The translations under genes were made by a program, and so were the position numbers. Source: Vicinamibacterales bacterium (lineage in GTDB: Bacteria; Acidobacteriota; Vicinamibacteria; Vicinamibacterales; CAZQMT01). Taken from it: 64,000 nt of DNA. The stretch lies in NCBI GenBank assembly GCA_965197935.1, contig CBDAOD010000002.1:1218849-1282848 (forward strand), in the 5' to 3' direction. This document shows positions 9,480-18,890 of the stretch, piece by piece. Below the pieces are notes generated by a model. It was not told the origin of the DNA and made no database searches. It worked only from the letters and a program-made list of their open reading frames with translations. The stretch's first letter is position 1; every line of letters starts with the position of its first letter.

Positions 9480-11243
9480 ATGGCCAATGTAGACGACGTG
9501 AACCAGCCTGAGCCCACGCAAGGCGGAGGCGGGGCGACGACGGGCTTGACGCAGGATTCCTCGGTCGAGACGGACGAAGATCAGATTTCGACGGAGGAGT
9601 ACGCGCAGCTCCTGAGCCTCTACGACAGCAGCTTCCGCAACATCGCCGAGGGTGAGGTCGTGAAGGGCACCGTGCTGAAGGTGACGGCGTCCGAGGTGAT
9701 CGTCGACGTCGGCTACAAGTCCGAAGGGATGATCGCGCTCGAGGAGTTCCTGGACGAGAACGGGCAGGTGACCGTCCAGGCCGGCGACATCGTGGATGTG
9801 CTGCTGGAGCGGACCGAGGACCGGGAAGGCCACGTCGTCCTCTCGCGCGAGAAGGCCGAGAAGATGAAGGTCTGGGACGAGGTCGAGCGGGCCTATGCGG
9901 AGCGCAAGGTCGTCATCGGCCGCGTGATCGAACGGATCAAGGGAGGGCTGGCGGTCGACATCGGCGTGCGTGCCTTCCTGCCCGGCTCCCAGATCGACGT
10001 TCGACCGGTGCGCAACCTCGACGCACTCCGCGGTCAAGAGCTGCGGATGCGGGTCATCAAGGTCAACAAGAAGCGCGGCAACATCGTGCTGTCGCGCAAG
10101 GCGCTCCTGGAAGAAGAGAACGCCGAGAAGAAGAAGCAGACGCTCGCCACCCTGGCCGAGGGGAACGAGATGAAGGGCGTGGTCAAGAACATCACCGACT
10201 ATGGCGCCTTCGTGGATCTCGGGGGCATCGACGGGCTGCTGCACATCACCGACATGTCCTGGGGACGCGTGTCGCATCCCTCCGAATTGTTCAAGGTCAA
10301 CGACGAGATCGACATCGTCGTGCTGAAGTACGACCCCACCACCGAACGCGTCTCGCTTGGTCACAAGCAGCTGAAGGCCGATCCGTGGACCAACGTGGAC
10401 GAGCGATACCCGGTTGGCACTCGGGTGGGTGGCAAGGTGGTGAGCGTGACCGACTACGGCGCGTTCATCGAGCTCGAGGCCGGTATCGAGGGTCTGATCC
10501 ACGTCTCGGAGATGTCCTGGAGCAAGCGCGTCAAGCATCCGTCCAAGATCCTCAGCGTCGGGGACGCCGTCGAGGCGATGGTGCTCGGCGTCGATCCCAG
10601 CGCGCGACGCATCTCGTTGGGGCTCAAGCAGGTGGAAGCGAACCCGTGGCACGAGCTCGCCGCTCGCTACCCGCTGGGCTCGCGCATCGTGGGAAAGGTG
10701 CGGAACCTTACCGAGTTCGGCGCCTTCGTCGAGGTGGAGGAGGGGATCGACGGCCTGATCCACATCTCCGACATGTCCTGGAGCAAGCGGCTGAAGCACC
10801 CCTCGGAGGTGCTGAAGAAGGGCGACAAGGTCGAGGCGATGGTGCTCAACATCGACGCCGAGAACCAGCGGCTCTCGCTCGGGCTCAAGCAGCTCGCGAC
10901 GGACATGTGGGACGAGTACTTCAGCACCCAGAAAGTCGGCGACGTCGTCGAGGGAAAGATCGTTCGGCTGACGAACTTCGGGGCATTCGTGGAGCTGGCC
11001 GAGGGCATCGAGGGATTGATTCACATCTCCGAGTTCGACGAGGCGCAGGGCGTGGAGAAGATCGAGCTCCAGGTCGATCAGGCCTATCAGATGAAGATCA
11101 TCAAGCTGAGCCCGACGGATCGCAAGATCGGCCTCAGCATCCGGGCCCTCAAGCAGGAGGACCATCGATCCGACTGGGAAGCCTACACGTCCTCGGGCAG
11201 CCCGGACGTGACGCTCGGGGACCACTTCAAGCACAACCAGTAG
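9480..11243 (+). CDS. rpsA: 30S ribosomal protein S1
   Basis: Six tandem S1 domains (repeated G.V..I...GAFV.L..GI.GL.H.S. pattern), 587 aa. Confidence 0.95.
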   Translation: MANVDDVNQPEPTQGGGGATTGLTQDSSVETDEDQISTEEYAQLLSLYDSSFRNIAEGEVVKGTVLKVTASEVIVDVGYKSEGMIALEEFLDENGQVTVQAGDIVDVLLERTEDREGHVVLSREKAEKMKVWDEVERAYAERKVVIGRVIERIKGGLAVDIGVRAFLPGSQIDVRPVRNLDALRGQELRMRVIKVNKKRGNIVLSRKALLEEENAEKKKQTLATLAEGNEMKGVVKNITDYGAFVDLGGIDGLLHITDMSWGRVSHPSELFKVNDEIDIVVLKYDPTTERVSLGHKQLKADPWTNVDERYPVGTRVGGKVVSVTDYGAFIELEAGIEGLIHVSEMSWSKRVKHPSKILSVGDAVEAMVLGVDPSARRISLGLKQVEANPWHELAARYPLGSRIVGKVRNLTEFGAFVEVEEGIDGLIHISDMSWSKRLKHPSEVLKKGDKVEAMVLNIDAENQRLSLGLKQLATDMWDEYFSTQKVGDVVEGKIVRLTNFGAFVELAEGIEGLIHISEFDEAQGVEKIELQVDQAYQMKIIKLSPTDRKIGLSIRALKQEDHRSDWEAYTSSGSPDVTLGDHFKHNQ

Positions 11244-11326
11244 CCAGAGGCCTCGGGCCCCGTGCCGGTCGGCGTCGTTCGGCAACTCGGGGCGGGGCTG
11301 GAGTCACCGCGGGGTGCAGGGGGGGC

Positions 11327-11659
11327 ATGACCAAGGCGGAGCTAGTCGAGGAGGTGTCGCGGGTCTCGGAGTTGACCAAGAAGCACTCCGAGGCGATCGT
11401 GGACACGGTCTTCAAGAGCATCATTGCCGCGCTGCACCGCGGCGAGAAGATCGAGCTCCGCGGGTTCGGCAGCTTCCGGCTCCGCCAGCGGGAGCCACGC
11501 AAGGGTCGCAACCCCAAGACCGGCGACAAGGTGAACGTGCCGCCGAAGAAGGTCCCCTACTTCAAACCGGGCAAGGAGCTGAAGGAGCTGATCAACCGCG
11601 ACTCCGAGACGCAGGTCGCGGTGCCGGTGTCGGTCCCGGACACGTCGGCACAGTACTGA
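11327..11659 (+). CDS. HU/IHF family DNA-binding protein (IHF-beta-like)
   Basis: ATG at 11327 within ORF 10385..11659. MTKAELVEEVS...GFGSFRLRQREPRKGRNPKTGDKVNVPPKKVPYFKPGKELKE. Confidence 0.85.
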   Translation: MTKAELVEEVSRVSELTKKHSEAIVDTVFKSIIAALHRGEKIELRGFGSFRLRQREPRKGRNPKTGDKVNVPPKKVPYFKPGKELKELINRDSETQVAVPVSVPDTSAQY

Positions 11660-11724
11660 CGCCGGGGCACGCCCTGCGTTGTCGCCGCGATCGGCCTCCA
11701 GCGCGCATTCCAACCGCAATCACG

Positions 11725-12222
11725 ATGGAACGTCTGTGGTCCCCCTGGAGATCGGCCTACGTGACCGGCGCCGGCCAGGCAACCGAGGGGTGCGTCTTCT
11801 GCGAGGCCGTCGAACGCCCGGCGTCCGAATCGCCGCTGGTGGTGTGCCGGGGACGGCATGCCTTCGTGATCCTGAATCTCTACCCCTACAACAACGGCCA
11901 TCTGATGGTGGTGCCGAATCGGCACGTGGGGTCGCTGGCGGACGCGGCGCCGGCCGAGCTGCAGGAGCTCATGGAGCTCACCCGCCAGGCGGAGATGGCG
12001 CTGGACGAGGTCTACCACCCGCAGGGTCTCAACCTGGGGATGAACCTCGGTCGACCGGCGGGGGGCGGCGTGGCTGACCACCTCCACATGCACGTCGTGC
12101 CGCGCTGGAACGGCGATACGAACTTCATGACGGTGGTCGGCACCGTGCGCGTCCTCCCGGAGACCCTGGAGCAGGCCGCCGAGCGGTTGCGCCCGGTCTT
12201 CGAGTGTCTCCGGGCCTCCTAG
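11725..12222 (+). CDS. HIT family hydrolase
   Basis: ATG at 11725. Histidine triad HLHMHVVPR, CVFC zinc-type motif and NLYPYNNGHLMVVP. Confidence 0.85.
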   Translation: MERLWSPWRSAYVTGAGQATEGCVFCEAVERPASESPLVVCRGRHAFVILNLYPYNNGHLMVVPNRHVGSLADAAPAELQELMELTRQAEMALDEVYHPQGLNLGMNLGRPAGGGVADHLHMHVVPRWNGDTNFMTVVGTVRVLPETLEQAAERLRPVFECLRAS

Positions 12223-12279
12223 CAGCCCCTCTCGCGCACGGTGTGCCCCTTCTGGGGGTCGTTCGCGGCCTCTGGCTAG
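12219..12279. repeat. Short unclassified CTAG-to-CTAG module between the HIT stop codon and element C
   Basis: CTAG at 12219-12222 (contains the HIT stop TAG) and at 12276-12279. Its ends CAGCCCC...GGCCTCTGG resemble the sequence after the rpsA stop (TAGCCAGAGGCC at 11241). Too short to classify. Confidence 0.3.
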
Positions 12280-12441
12280 TGGACTGTATCAGTCATTTCC
12301 GTAGCACTCCCCGGGCGGAGCATCCCGGCGGACGGCGTTGCTCCTCCCTCGAATACTCCCGGTATGCTCGGTCGTCGCGCCTTGTCCGCCGGGCGCTGCG
12401 CTCCGGCGACCGCTACAGAAATGACTGGTACAGTCCACTAG
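12276..12441 (-). mobile_element. Core-bearing hairpin MITE, family C
   Basis: Arms are CTAGTGGACTGTATCAGTCATTTCCGTAGC and GCTACAGAAATGACTGGTACAGTCCACTAG. Core is in reverse orientation with tip AATACTCCCGGTAT at 12352-12365. Confidence 0.8.
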
Positions 12442-12606
12442 CTAGCAGCCCGTGGTAAAAGTCCTGCGTCGCACCAAGGGGGCGCTGCGCCCGGCTGGCA
12501 AGGCGCGAGAAGCGAAAATACCGGGAGTATTTGACCGACGAGCAACACAGCCGGGCGGGATGCAGCGCCGGCCGACTGCAGCAGGACTTTTGCCACGGGC
12601 TGCTAG
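12442..12606 (+). mobile_element. Core-bearing hairpin MITE, family A (copy A2)
   Basis: CTAGCAGCCCGTGGTAAAAGTCCTGC ... GCAGGACTTTTGCCACGGGCTGCTAG, with tip AATACCGGGAGTATT at 12517-12531. The left CTAG directly follows the CTAG of element C (CTAGCTAG). The right CTAG contains the stop of the minus-strand ACAD gene. Confidence 0.85.
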
Positions 12607-13757
12607 CTGCGCTCGGTGGCGGCCAGGATATGCGCGGCGATCACCATCCGATGGACTTCCGAGGTGCCCTGGTAGATTTCGGTTGCTCGGATGTCGCGGA
12701 ACAACCGCTCCACGCGAGAGCCGCGGCTGTAGCCGGCGGAGGCGAGGATCTGCATCGCCTTGTCGGCGGCCCGGTGCGCGGCCTCCGACGCGTATAGCTT
12801 GGCCATGGCGGCCTCGAGCGACGCGCGCTGCTGCGTGTCCTTGGCGGCGGCGGCCTTGAGCATGAGCATGCGTGCGGCATCGAGCTCGGTCGCCATGTCC
12901 GCGAGCATCCACTGGACCGCCTGGTAGCTGGCGATCGGCTTTCCGAACGTGTGGCGGTGCTGCGCGTGCGCGAGGGCCTCCTCCAGCGCGGCGCGGCCCA
13001 CGCCCAACGCCTGCGCGGCGATCGCCACGCGCCCCCCGTCCAGCGCCCACATCGCAATCCGGAAGCCCTGTCCCGGCTCGCCGAGCATCTGGTCCTCCCC
13101 GACCTCGACGCCCTCGAGCGCCAGGTCCAGGCAGCCAAGCCCCCGCACGCCCAGCGAATCGGCACGTGGGCGGCGCGTGAGCCCAGGGGCGTCGAGCGGG
13201 ACTAGAAACGCGCTGACTCCGCGCCCGCCGATGCCGGGCTGGGTCGCCGCGAACACCACGGCGACCTTGGCTGCCTCGGCGTTGGCCACCCAGATCTTGA
13301 GACCGTCGAGCCGATACCCGCCCCCGCTCGGGACCGCGGTCGTCTGCTGGTTGGCAGCGTCGGTGCCGGCGTTCTCCTCGGAGAGCGCGAAGGCGCCCAC
13401 GCTCCGCCCCGAGGCCAGCGCCCGCAGCCAGTGCTGCTTCTGGGCCTCGGTACCGAACTGGGCGAGGACCTCCGCCACCAGAGAGTTGTTGACGGCGACG
13501 ATCACGGCGATCGTTGCACTGGCTTGCGCGATGGCCTCCACCGCGAGGGCGTAGCTCAGGTAGTCGCGGCCCCCGCCGCCCCACTCGGGCGCGACCGTGA
13601 CCCCCAGCAACCCCAGCTCGCCCAGACGGGCGACGATGTCGCGTGGAAAGGTCCCGCTCGCGTCGATCGCCGCGGCGAGCGGCGCCACCTCGTGGTCGGC
13701 GAAGCGGCGGGCGGCCTCCTGGAAGTCGATTTGCTCGCGTGTCAGCTCGAGCCGCAT
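12603..13757 (-). CDS. Acyl-CoA dehydrogenase
   Basis: 384 aa with typical ACAD layout (FALSEENAGTDA, catalytic-base region YQGTSEVHRMVIA at the C-terminus). Confidence 0.9.
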   Translation of the reverse strand: MRLELTREQIDFQEAARRFADHEVAPLAAAIDASGTFPRDIVARLGELGLLGVTVAPEWGGGGRDYLSYALAVEAIAQASATIAVIVAVNNSLVAEVLAQFGTEAQKQHWLRALASGRSVGAFALSEENAGTDAANQQTTAVPSGGGYRLDGLKIWVANAEAAKVAVVFAATQPGIGGRGVSAFLVPLDAPGLTRRPRADSLGVRGLGCLDLALEGVEVGEDQMLGEPGQGFRIAMWALDGGRVAIAAQALGVGRAALEEALAHAQHRHTFGKPIASYQAVQWMLADMATELDAARMLMLKAAAAKDTQQRASLEAAMAKLYASEAAHRAADKAMQILASAGYSRGSRVERLFRDIRATEIYQGTSEVHRMVIAAHILAATERS

Positions 13758-13798
13758 GGCGCGTGTCTCCGGTCAGTTGTTGCAGCCGAGACGGAACA

Positions 13799-14959
13799 CT
13801 AGCTCCCCAGGATCTGCTTGGCGATCGTCTGTAGCTGGAGGTTCGAGGTGCCTTCGTAGATCTGTCCGATCTTCGCGTCGCGGTAGAGCTTCTCGACCGG
13901 ATAGTCCTTGACGTAGCCGTAGCCCCCGAACAACTGGACGGCCAGCGACGTGACCCGCTCGGCCATCTCGGACGACAGCAGCTTGCACATCGCGGCCTCG
14001 GTCACGAATCGTCGCCCCGCGTCTCTGAGGCGCGCCGCATTGTAGACGGCGAGTCGCGCCGCCTCGAGATCCGTCGCGGCCCGTGCGAGCTGGAACTGCA
14101 CTCCCTGGAAGTCGGCGATGGCCTGACCGAACTGCCGTCGCTCTCGCGTGTAGGCGATAGCGTGGTCGAGGGCGCCCCGCGCCAGCCCCACCATCTGCGC
14201 GCCGATGCCGATCCGGCCTTCGTTGAGCGTCTCGATGGCGACGCGGTAGCCCTTGCCGACGTCCCCCAGCACGTTGCGTCGTGGGATCCGGCACGCGTCG
14301 AGCACGACCTCACAGGTGCTGCTGGCCCGGATGCCGAGCTTGTCCTCCTTCTTTCCGATGGTCAGCCCGTGCGTCGCCCTGTCGACGACGAAGGCCGTGA
14401 TCCCGCGATGCCCGGCCTCGGGCCGCGCGTTGGCGAAGACCAGAAACACCTCCGCCTCGTGCGCGTTCGTCGTCCAGAGCTTGCGGCCGGTCACGACGAA
14501 GTCGTCGCCGGATTCGACCGCTCGCGTCGCCAGCGCGAAGGCGTCGCTCCCCGAGCCCGACTCGGACAGCGCGTAGGCGCCCACCGCGGTGCGCGCCAGC
14601 ACCGGCAGGTATCGTGCCTTGAGCTCGTCGTCACCCCAACGCAGCAGGGCGTTGATCACGAGGGTGTTCTGCACGTCGACGAGGACGCCGATCGCAGGGT
14701 CGACGCGCGAGAGCTCCTCGACCGCGACGATGGAGTGGAAGAACGTCCCGCCTCCGCCACCCCAGGTATCGGGAATCTCGACCCCCATGAGCCCGAGCTC
14801 GAACAGCTGCGCGATCAGCTGCGGCGGGATCGTGGCCGTGGCATCCATCTCACGGACCAGGGGGCGAATCTGCGCCTCGGCAAAGTCGCGGACGCTATCG
14901 CGGAGGAGCGCTTCGTCTTCGCGGAGGCGAGTCAGGGGTGGGACGTGAGCGCTCTGCAT
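13799..14959 (-). CDS. Acyl-CoA dehydrogenase
   Basis: 386 aa (YALSESGSGSDAFA ... IYEGTSNLQLQTIAKQIL). The stop lies in an unoccupied CTAG at 13799-13802. Confidence 0.9.
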   Translation of the reverse strand: MQSAHVPPLTRLREDEALLRDSVRDFAEAQIRPLVREMDATATIPPQLIAQLFELGLMGVEIPDTWGGGGGTFFHSIVAVEELSRVDPAIGVLVDVQNTLVINALLRWGDDELKARYLPVLARTAVGAYALSESGSGSDAFALATRAVESGDDFVVTGRKLWTTNAHEAEVFLVFANARPEAGHRGITAFVVDRATHGLTIGKKEDKLGIRASSTCEVVLDACRIPRRNVLGDVGKGYRVAIETLNEGRIGIGAQMVGLARGALDHAIAYTRERRQFGQAIADFQGVQFQLARAATDLEAARLAVYNAARLRDAGRRFVTEAAMCKLLSSEMAERVTSLAVQLFGGYGYVKDYPVEKLYRDAKIGQIYEGTSNLQLQTIAKQILGS

Positions 14960-15135
14960 GTCGCCGGCCTTCCACGCGGCATCGACCGGGAGCCCTTCCG
15001 TGGCGTCCGGCGCCTAAAGAGGGGAAGATGTTATCATTGAAAAAGGTCGCGTCACGAAGTCTCGCGTTGCCCGGGCGCGTCGTGCTGCTCGGGTGCTGTT
15101 GGCCCGTGAGACGGCGCCGGGGATAACCAAGGATC

Positions 15136-17238
15136 GTGTTCGGCAGTCTTCGACCGATGACGGTGGGCACGCTGGCGCTGCTGTTGGCAGCGGCCGTGCG
15201 GGCTGACCATCAGCCACCGCAACAGTCCCAGCCGACCGAGCAGACCGAGCAGGCCGAGCCCACGGAGACCCAGGCTCCCCAGCCGGTCTTTCGGACGGGC
15301 ATCGACTTCGTCCGCGTCGATGTGATCGTCACTGATGGCGATGGGAATCCGGTCCTGGACCTCGGGCCGGACGACTTCGAGATCTTCGAGGACGGCAACC
15401 CTCAAACCATCGAGTCCTTCAAGCTGGTGCGGATTTCGGGCGTTCCCGAGCCCGACGCGGAGCCGGCTCGGCCGATCCGCAGCGTGTACGACGAAGAGCG
15501 TGAAGCCGCGCGCGAGGATACCCGGCTCTTCGTGATCTTCCTCGACGATTATCACGTGCGGCGGGGGGCAAGCCTCGCCGTCCGTGGCCCGCTGATGAGC
15601 TTCCTCCAGGACCTCGGGCCCCTGGACATGGTCGCGGTGATGTATCCGCTGACGCCGGTCGGGGACGTGCGGTTCACTCGGGATCATGGGGCGCTGACCC
15701 GGATGATCCAGCAGTTCGACGGCCGCAAGTTCGACTACACGCCACGGAACCAATACGAGGATCGCTACGCCATGTACCCGTCCACGGTCGTGGAGCGGAT
15801 CCGCAACGAGGTGTCGTTCTCCGGGTTACGGGCCCTGGTCACGCACCTCGGCGCGCTGCGCGAGGGACGAAAGTCGGTGATCGTGGTCAGCGAGGGGTAC
15901 ACGAACATGCTGCCGCCGCAGCTGCGCGAGGAGGTGGCCGGATTCCGGGGGACTGGGCCGGGCGCCGGGGCGGCCGGCGGCTTCGAGGACAGCGCGGCCG
16001 AGGACACGGCGCGCTTCTTCGCCGATGCGGATCTCCAGTTCGAGCTTCGCCGGGTATACGACGCGGCGAATCGCTCCAACACGTCGCTCTACACGCTGGA
16101 CCCGCGCGGGCTGGGGGTCTTCGAGTTCGGTATCGACGAACGTGTCGGGTTTCGCACGGACCAGACGTTCATGCGTAGTACGGCGGACACGCTCCGGGTC
16201 CTCGCCGATCAGACGGACGGCCGGGCCATCGTCAACCAGGCCGACCTGGAGGGCGGGCTGAGGCAGGTCGTCAGGGACACGAGCTTCTATTACCTGGTTG
16301 GCTATAACTCCAGCGAGGCGCCGACGGATGGCAAGTTCCATCCGATTCAGGTCGAGGTCAAGCGCCGCGGCGTACAGGTGCGCGCCCGGACGGGGTATTG
16401 GGCCTTGACCGCCGAGGAGACGGCCCGGGCGCTGGCGCCCCCCGCCCCCGGGCCGGACCCCGCCGTCGCGGAGGCCCTCGGCGCGATCGCTCAGCCAACG
16501 CGCGGTCGCGCGGCGCGGACCTGGCTCGCCACGGGCCGGGGTCCGAACGGCAAGACCCGGATCACCTTCGTCTGGGAGCCGTTGCCGGCGGGTCCGGGCG
16601 CGCGCGGCGACGCGCCGGTCCGCGTGTCGTTGATGGCGTCCGGGCAGGACGGTCAATCCTACTTCCGCGGCCACGTGCCCGACGTGACGCTCGCCTCGGC
16701 CGAGCCCGGTGGGGCGGGCGGTGCGGCGCCGGCGGCGCGCACCGGACCGTCGCGGGTGGTCTTCGATGCGGACCCGGGGCGAGTGCAGCTGCGGATCTCG
16801 GTGGAGGGCGCGGCGGGACAGGTGCTCGACAACGCCGTCCAGGAAATACTGGCCCCAGACTTCACGACGCCCACGGTGGCCCTGAGCACGCCTATCGTCA
16901 TCCGCGCCCGCAACGTCGTCGAGTTGCGCTCGCTGTCGACCGATCCGGACGCGGTGCCATCCCCGGGGCGGGAGTTCCATCGAAGCGAGCGCGTGCTCAT
17001 CCGCTTCGAGGTGTACGGCCCCGGCACCACGCCGCCGACGCCCACATCGGCGCTCCTCAACCGTGCGGGTGAGTCGATGATGGAGCTGTCGCTCGGTGCC
17101 TCGGCCGGCATCGAGGGTGTGCACCAGCTCGAGGTGCCGCTCGCCGGCCTCGCGCCAGGCGGCTATCTGGTGGAGATCAAGGCCACCGCCGAGGGTGGCG
17201 ATGCGAAGGAGTTGGTGGCCTTCCGGGTCGTCGGCTAG
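15136..17238 (+). CDS. Secreted VWFA-related protein (acidobacterial VWFA-type N-terminal domain)
   Basis: Signal peptide. FRTGIDFVRVDVIVTDGDGNPVLDLGPDDFEIFEDGNPQTIESFKLV followed by a VWA-like region (VIFLDDYH..., SLYTLDPRGL) matches the family I know as the VWFA-related acidobacterial domain. 700 aa. Confidence 0.75.
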   Translation: MFGSLRPMTVGTLALLLAAAVRADHQPPQQSQPTEQTEQAEPTETQAPQPVFRTGIDFVRVDVIVTDGDGNPVLDLGPDDFEIFEDGNPQTIESFKLVRISGVPEPDAEPARPIRSVYDEEREAAREDTRLFVIFLDDYHVRRGASLAVRGPLMSFLQDLGPLDMVAVMYPLTPVGDVRFTRDHGALTRMIQQFDGRKFDYTPRNQYEDRYAMYPSTVVERIRNEVSFSGLRALVTHLGALREGRKSVIVVSEGYTNMLPPQLREEVAGFRGTGPGAGAAGGFEDSAAEDTARFFADADLQFELRRVYDAANRSNTSLYTLDPRGLGVFEFGIDERVGFRTDQTFMRSTADTLRVLADQTDGRAIVNQADLEGGLRQVVRDTSFYYLVGYNSSEAPTDGKFHPIQVEVKRRGVQVRARTGYWALTAEETARALAPPAPGPDPAVAEALGAIAQPTRGRAARTWLATGRGPNGKTRITFVWEPLPAGPGARGDAPVRVSLMASGQDGQSYFRGHVPDVTLASAEPGGAGGAAPAARTGPSRVVFDADPGRVQLRISVEGAAGQVLDNAVQEILAPDFTTPTVALSTPIVIRARNVVELRSLSTDPDAVPSPGREFHRSERVLIRFEVYGPGTTPPTPTSALLNRAGESMMELSLGASAGIEGVHQLEVPLAGLAPGGYLVEIKATAEGGDAKELVAFRVVG

Positions 17239-17398
17239 TGCACCGCCGTCGAGATGCGGTCACGGATCGGGTTCGCAGCGCGCCCAGGCGCAAGGCGCCG
17301 CGACGAGGAATACCGGGAGTATTTCGAGGAGCGGCAACGCCGCGGGTGGGTGTGCTGCGGGCTCGAGGCGTGACCGCGTCTCGACGGCGGTGCACTAG
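17235..17398 (+). mobile_element. Core-bearing hairpin MITE, family B (copy B1)
   Basis: CTAGTGCACCGCCGTCGAGATGCGGTCACG ... CGTGACCGCGTCTCGACGGCGGTGCACTAG, with tip AATACCGGGAGTATT at 17309-17323. The left CTAG contains the TAG stop of the VWFA gene. Confidence 0.85.
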
Positions 17399-17432
17399 TC
17401 GTTCAGCGACCGGTGGGGAGACAGAGACGCAG

Positions 17433-17488
17433 ATGCAGGCCGAGGGGCGCGACGCGAGTACTCGCGCTCCGCGTCCTGCATTTGTTTT
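17433..17488 (+). terminator. Candidate intrinsic terminator
   Basis: ATGCAGG ... CGCGAGTACTCGCG ... CCTGCAT stem-loop followed by TTTGTTTT (17481-17488), 35 nt after element B1 and upstream of gdhA. Confidence 0.4.
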
Positions 17489-17528
17489 GGCGCGCCGGCG
17501 TGTGTCGTGAGGAGGCGAGGGGAGCCGA

Positions 17529-18890
17529 ATGTCAGATTTCATCAAGGACTTCATGGCCGAGGTGACAGCCAAGAACCCGGCGGAGACGGAATTTCACCAG
17601 GCCGTCCAGGAGGTCGTGGAGTCGCTGGCGCCGATCTTGGATCGTCGACCCGAGTACCGCACGGCCAAGATCCTCGAGCGGATCGTCGAGCCCGAGCGAG
17701 TGATCATGTTCCGCGTGCCCTGGCAGGACGACCAGGGCGGCGTCCAGGTCAATCGCGGGTTTCGGATCGAGATGAACAGCGCGCTGGGACCCTATAAGGG
17801 GGGGCTCCGGTTTCACGCGTCGGTCAATCTGGGCATCCTCAAGTTTCTGGCGTTCGAGCAGGTGTTCAAGAACTCGCTCACCACCCTGCCCATGGGTGGC
17901 GGAAAGGGAGGCTCGGACTTCGACCCGAAGGGGCGCAGCGACGACGAGGTAATGCGCTTCTGTCAGAGCTTCATGCTCGAGTTGGCCAGGCACATCGGCC
18001 CGGACACCGACGTCCCGGCCGGTGATATAGGCGTGGGGGGACGGGAGATCGGCTACCTCTTCGGGCAGTACAAACGTATCGCCAACGAGTTCACGGGCGT
18101 GATGACCGGCAAGGGCCTCAACTGGGGCGGCTCGCTGATCCGGCCGGAGGCCACGGGATACGGCTCGGTCTACTTCGCCGCAGAAATGCTGGCGACACGA
18201 AACGAGACGCACGCGGGCAAGGTCTGCCTGGTGTCCGGCAGTGGGAACGTGGCGCAATACACGGTCGAGAAGTTGATTGAGCTCGGCGCGAAACCCGTCA
18301 CGCTATCGGACTCCAGCGGCTACATCTACGACGAGGCCGGAATCGATCGAGAGAAGCTGGACTTCGTGCTCGAGTTGAAGAACCAGCGCAGAGGCCGAAT
18401 CAAGGAGTACGCGGAACGGTTCACCACCGCCGCGTACACCGATGCCGACGAGACTCTGGACCATCACCCGCTGTGGGGGCATCCGGCGTCGTGTGCCTTT
18501 CCGAGCGCCACGCAGAACGAGCTCAACGCGAAGGACGCTGATGCGATGCTCGACAACGGGGTCTACCTCGTCTCCGAGGGCGCCAACATGCCAACGACCC
18601 TCGACGCGGTGCAACGGTTCATCGATGCCAACATCCTGTATGCGCCCGGCAAGGCGGCCAACGCCGGCGGCGTCGCCACCTCGGGGCTCGAGATGGCACA
18701 GAACAGCGCGCGCATGGCCTGGACCCGCGAGGAGGTGGACCGACGGCTGCAGCACATCATGAAGGCCATTCACCGCGCGTGCTGGGACACGGCGAAGCAA
18801 CACGGAACGCCGGGCAACTACGTCAACGGCGCGAACATTGCCGGCTTCCTCAAGGTGGCCGACTCGATGATGGATCAGGGACTGGTCTAG
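17529..18890 (+). CDS. gdhA: NADP-specific glutamate dehydrogenase (large hexameric type)
   Basis: KGGLRFHASVNLGILKFLAFEQVFKNSLTTLPMGGGKGGSDFDPKG, 453 aa. Confidence 0.93.
   Translation: MSDFIKDFMAEVTAKNPAETEFHQAVQEVVESLAPILDRRPEYRTAKILERIVEPERVIMFRVPWQDDQGGVQVNRGFRIEMNSALGPYKGGLRFHASVNLGILKFLAFEQVFKNSLTTLPMGGGKGGSDFDPKGRSDDEVMRFCQSFMLELARHIGPDTDVPAGDIGVGGREIGYLFGQYKRIANEFTGVMTGKGLNWGGSLIRPEATGYGSVYFAAEMLATRNETHAGKVCLVSGSGNVAQYTVEKLIELGAKPVTLSDSSGYIYDEAGIDREKLDFVLELKNQRRGRIKEYAERFTTAAYTDADETLDHHPLWGHPASCAFPSATQNELNAKDADAMLDNGVYLVSEGANMPTTLDAVQRFIDANILYAPGKAANAGGVATSGLEMAQNSARMAWTREEVDRRLQHIMKAIHRACWDTAKQHGTPGNYVNGANIAGFLKVADSMMDQGLV

Noticed and set aside
9453-11285. Very long antisense or alternative-frame ORFs (for example 9453-11285 minus, 47939-50842 minus, 44915-47422 plus, 23610-25262 minus, 19331-21055 minus)
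   Set aside because: Each is the mirror frame of a clearly recognisable conserved gene (rpsA, dnaK, PBP1A, mutase, PPDK-like). High GC content suppresses stop codons in non-coding frames, and their translations are low-complexity Arg/Gly/Pro/Asp-rich.
11241-11301. Short stop-codon-abutting repeat family: TAGCCAGAGGCC...GGGGCTGG after rpsA, compared with the reverse complement of 12219-12279
   Set aside because: Only about 9-12 nt at each end match and the interiors are unrelated. This could be chance in GC-rich DNA, so 12219-12279 is kept only as an unclassified module.
12531-12536. TTGACC inside the conserved core (GAGTATTTGACCGAC) as an outward-facing -35 box
   Set aside because: No -10-like hexamer follows at 16-18 nt in any family A copy, and families B, C and E have TTCGAG at that position.
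17238-17510. Recurrent Arg-rich ORFs such as MHRRRDAVTDRVRSAPRRKAPRRGIPGVFRGAATP... (also 54974-55210, 18850-19062, 44537-44809, 12531-12797, 47710-47919), which could suggest a multi-copy small protein family
   Set aside because: They lie entirely inside the repeat elements, occur on either strand depending on element orientation, and have no start context. Their repetition is explained by the repeated DNA, so they are GC-rich read-through artefacts.
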